From Candidatus Binatia bacterium (GTDB lineage: Bacteria; Desulfobacterota; Binatia; Bin18), in NCBI GenBank assembly GCA_963664395.2, contig CAXXIS010000012.1, forward strand, positions 1 through 15,774: a stretch of DNA of 15,774 nt, read 5' to 3'. A program made the position numbers and the translations under genes. The notes beneath the pieces were generated by a model. That model did not search any database. It saw nothing but the letters and a program-made list of their open reading frames with translations, and had not been told where the DNA came from. Below are positions 13,909-15,774 of the stretch, piece by piece (position 1 is the first letter of the stretch; each line of letters starts with the position of its first letter).

Positions 13909-15621
13909 ATGCAATACGATCTCCTCATTAAAAACGGTACGGTGGTTGATGGCTCCGGGCTGCCCCGCTTTCAGGCCGATGTCGGAATCGCTGAGGGCAA
14001 AATTGTCGCCATTGGCAAAATTCGTGAGAACGCCAGGGAAGTCATCGATGCCGAGGGGCATGTCGTTTCCCCCGGCTTTGTTGACGGCCATACGCATATG
14101 GACGCCCAGGTGTTTTGGGACCCGCTGGGTACATGCTCGTGCTGGCACGGCATTACCAGCGTGGTCATGGGCAACTGCGGCTTCTCGCTCGCGCCGTGCA
14201 GCGAGGAGGACAAGCTGATGGTAATGCGCAATCTGGAGCGGGCCGAAGACATTTCGCCGGAAGCCATGGAAGCAGGCATCAAGTGGAGTTGGACCACCTA
14301 TCCGGAATACCTGGATGCGGTTGAACGCCTGCCCAAAGGCATTAATTATTCGGCCTATATCGGTCATTCCGCGCTGCGGACCTATGTCATGGGTGAGCGG
14401 GCTTTTAGCGAAGAAGCGACCCACGACGATCTCGAAGCTATGAAGCGAGAAGTCCGCAGTGCCATTCAATCGGGCGCCGCCGGCTTTACCACCTCGCGCA
14501 CGCGCAACCACCAGACGCCTGACGGCCAACCGGTTGCGAGTCGGCTCGCCACCTGGGACGAGGTCCGTCAGTTGGTCGGTGTGCTCGGCGAGTTGAACTC
14601 GGGTGTCTTTGAAATCGCCGGCGAAGACACCGGACTCAACCCGGAACGGATTCAGGACTATTGTAATCGGCTCAAAGCCCTGGCTGTCGATACGGGCGTG
14701 CCGGTCACGTTCGGCATGTTCAGCGCGCCCAAGGCCCCGGACTATTGGCGCCCGTTTTTTGCGTTAGCTGACGAGACCGCTGAAGCCGGCGGGCGCATGT
14801 TTATTCAGGTCCACAGCCGTCCCATCAGCGTGTTGCAGTCGTTCGAGTCGGTCACCTCGTTTGACAAGCTGCCCGTCTGGCGCGACATTCGAAAACTGCC
14901 CCTGGCAGAACAGGAAGTGGCCTTACGCAATCCTGAAATACGCCACAAGCTGGTGCAGTCTGCCAATCATCCGCCACAAGAGGAGACGCGGGCGGTTGGT
15001 GCTGAAGCCCGCGTGGCGAATTTCAAATGGCTGTTCCCCATCATGGACAGGGCCGTGCCGCCGTATCGCTCGGTGGCCGAGATTGCCGCCGAACGCAACC
15101 AGGACCCGGTGGAGACCTATATCGATCTCGCCCTGGAAAATGGGCTGAAGCGTTTCTTCATGCAGCCGCTGACCAACACCCATGAGCCCAGCACCTTGGA
15201 GATGATGCAGCACCCCCGCTCGGTGATTACCTTCTCGGACTCGGGTGCCCATGTTTCACAGATCATGGATTCTTCCCTGCAAACCCATCTGTTGAGCCAC
15301 TGGGTGCGTGAGAAAGAAGCCCTGACTCTGGAAGACGCGGTGCACCAACTGAGCTTCGTGCCGGCCTCCCATTGGAAGCTGGCCGGCCGCGGCCTGCTGC
15401 GCGAAGGCTGGAACGCCGACGTAGTGATCTTTGATCCTCAAACGGTTGAGCCGCAAGTGCCCGAGCTGACCTATGATCTCCCGGGTGGCGCCCGACGGCT
15501 CAAACAAAAAGCCAATGGCTTTCTGGCGACCATCGTGAATGGCGAAGTCGTCCTGCGGAACAACGAACACACCGGCGCCCTGCCGGGGCAGTTGTTACGC
15601 GGTCGGTTAGCCAGTCAGTAA
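13909..15621 (+). CDS. N-acyl-D-amino-acid deacylase (D-aminoacylase)-like amidohydrolase, copy 2
   Basis: Same motifs as 3890-5602 (PGFVDGHTH, GNCG, SDSGAH, ADVVIFDP); 570 aa; no obvious SD. Confidence 0.92.
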   Translation: MQYDLLIKNGTVVDGSGLPRFQADVGIAEGKIVAIGKIRENAREVIDAEGHVVSPGFVDGHTHMDAQVFWDPLGTCSCWHGITSVVMGNCGFSLAPCSEEDKLMVMRNLERAEDISPEAMEAGIKWSWTTYPEYLDAVERLPKGINYSAYIGHSALRTYVMGERAFSEEATHDDLEAMKREVRSAIQSGAAGFTTSRTRNHQTPDGQPVASRLATWDEVRQLVGVLGELNSGVFEIAGEDTGLNPERIQDYCNRLKALAVDTGVPVTFGMFSAPKAPDYWRPFFALADETAEAGGRMFIQVHSRPISVLQSFESVTSFDKLPVWRDIRKLPLAEQEVALRNPEIRHKLVQSANHPPQEETRAVGAEARVANFKWLFPIMDRAVPPYRSVAEIAAERNQDPVETYIDLALENGLKRFFMQPLTNTHEPSTLEMMQHPRSVITFSDSGAHVSQIMDSSLQTHLLSHWVREKEALTLEDAVHQLSFVPASHWKLAGRGLLREGWNADVVIFDPQTVEPQVPELTYDLPGGARRLKQKANGFLATIVNGEVVLRNNEHTGALPGQLLRGRLASQ

Positions 15622-15639
15622 AAAATACCTGCTCTGTTT

Positions 15640-15672
15640 CCCTCTCCCGCTGGGAGAGGGCCAGGGTGAGGG
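15640..15672. repeat. REP/BoxC-like extragenic palindrome
   Basis: CCCTCTCCC-GCT-GGGAGAGGG-CCA-GGGTGAGGG: perfect 9-bp stem plus purine tail, matching a widespread dispersed bacterial repeat pattern. Confidence 0.7.
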
Positions 15673-15774
15673 TCCCCTCCCCGAGTTCAAACCGCTCGTA
15701 ATCTCCCGCAGCCGTGCTACCATTTGTCGTCCCCCCTCTGGGAACCACCCGGAGATGGGCGAGACATTAAGGAG

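Noticed and set aside
3682-14529. Similar-looking antisense ORFs at 3682-4492 and 13843-14529
   Set aside because: Their mutual similarity simply mirrors the paralogous amidohydrolase genes on the other strand.
1-15774. CRISPR array, tRNA/rRNA, intact IS, prophage or defence operon
   Set aside because: No regularly spaced short repeats, cloverleaf, transposase, integrase or nuclease motifs seen on either strand.

Overview
GC-rich bacterial window with no rRNA, tRNA, CRISPR array or intact transposase/integrase. It is a patchwork of catabolic and envelope genes: a 5'-truncated LarA/DUF2088-family protein; a secreted protein with two tandem 134-aa uncharacterised domains plus a Cys-rich SGNH/GDSL hydrolase; two paralogous D-aminoacylase-like amidohydrolases (~73% identical by hand count); DUF2786; a ThuA-like protein divergent from a 7-Asp-box beta-propeller; an orphan DUF4212; a PhyH dioxygenase; a TonB-dependent receptor; and an enoyl-CoA hydratase. 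Several relics lie between them: an Amidohydro_2 gene collapsed by an internal deletion at a TGGACC microhomology, a second Amidohydro_2 C-terminal stub, a Fis-type HTH stub and a probable symporter start stub. Best leads are (i) the LarA homologue, which keeps the nickel-pincer Lys/His spacing but appears to lack both catalytic histidines, (ii) the TonB receptor, resembling a family I recall from methylotroph/PQQ/lanthanide contexts, with acidic loops and a C-rich leader whose SD is sequestered, and (iii) the repeat-domain SGNH enzyme. The gene mix is reminiscent of Binatia-like deltaproteobacterial MAGs, but that is inference only. Family assignments come from motif recognition, not database searches.
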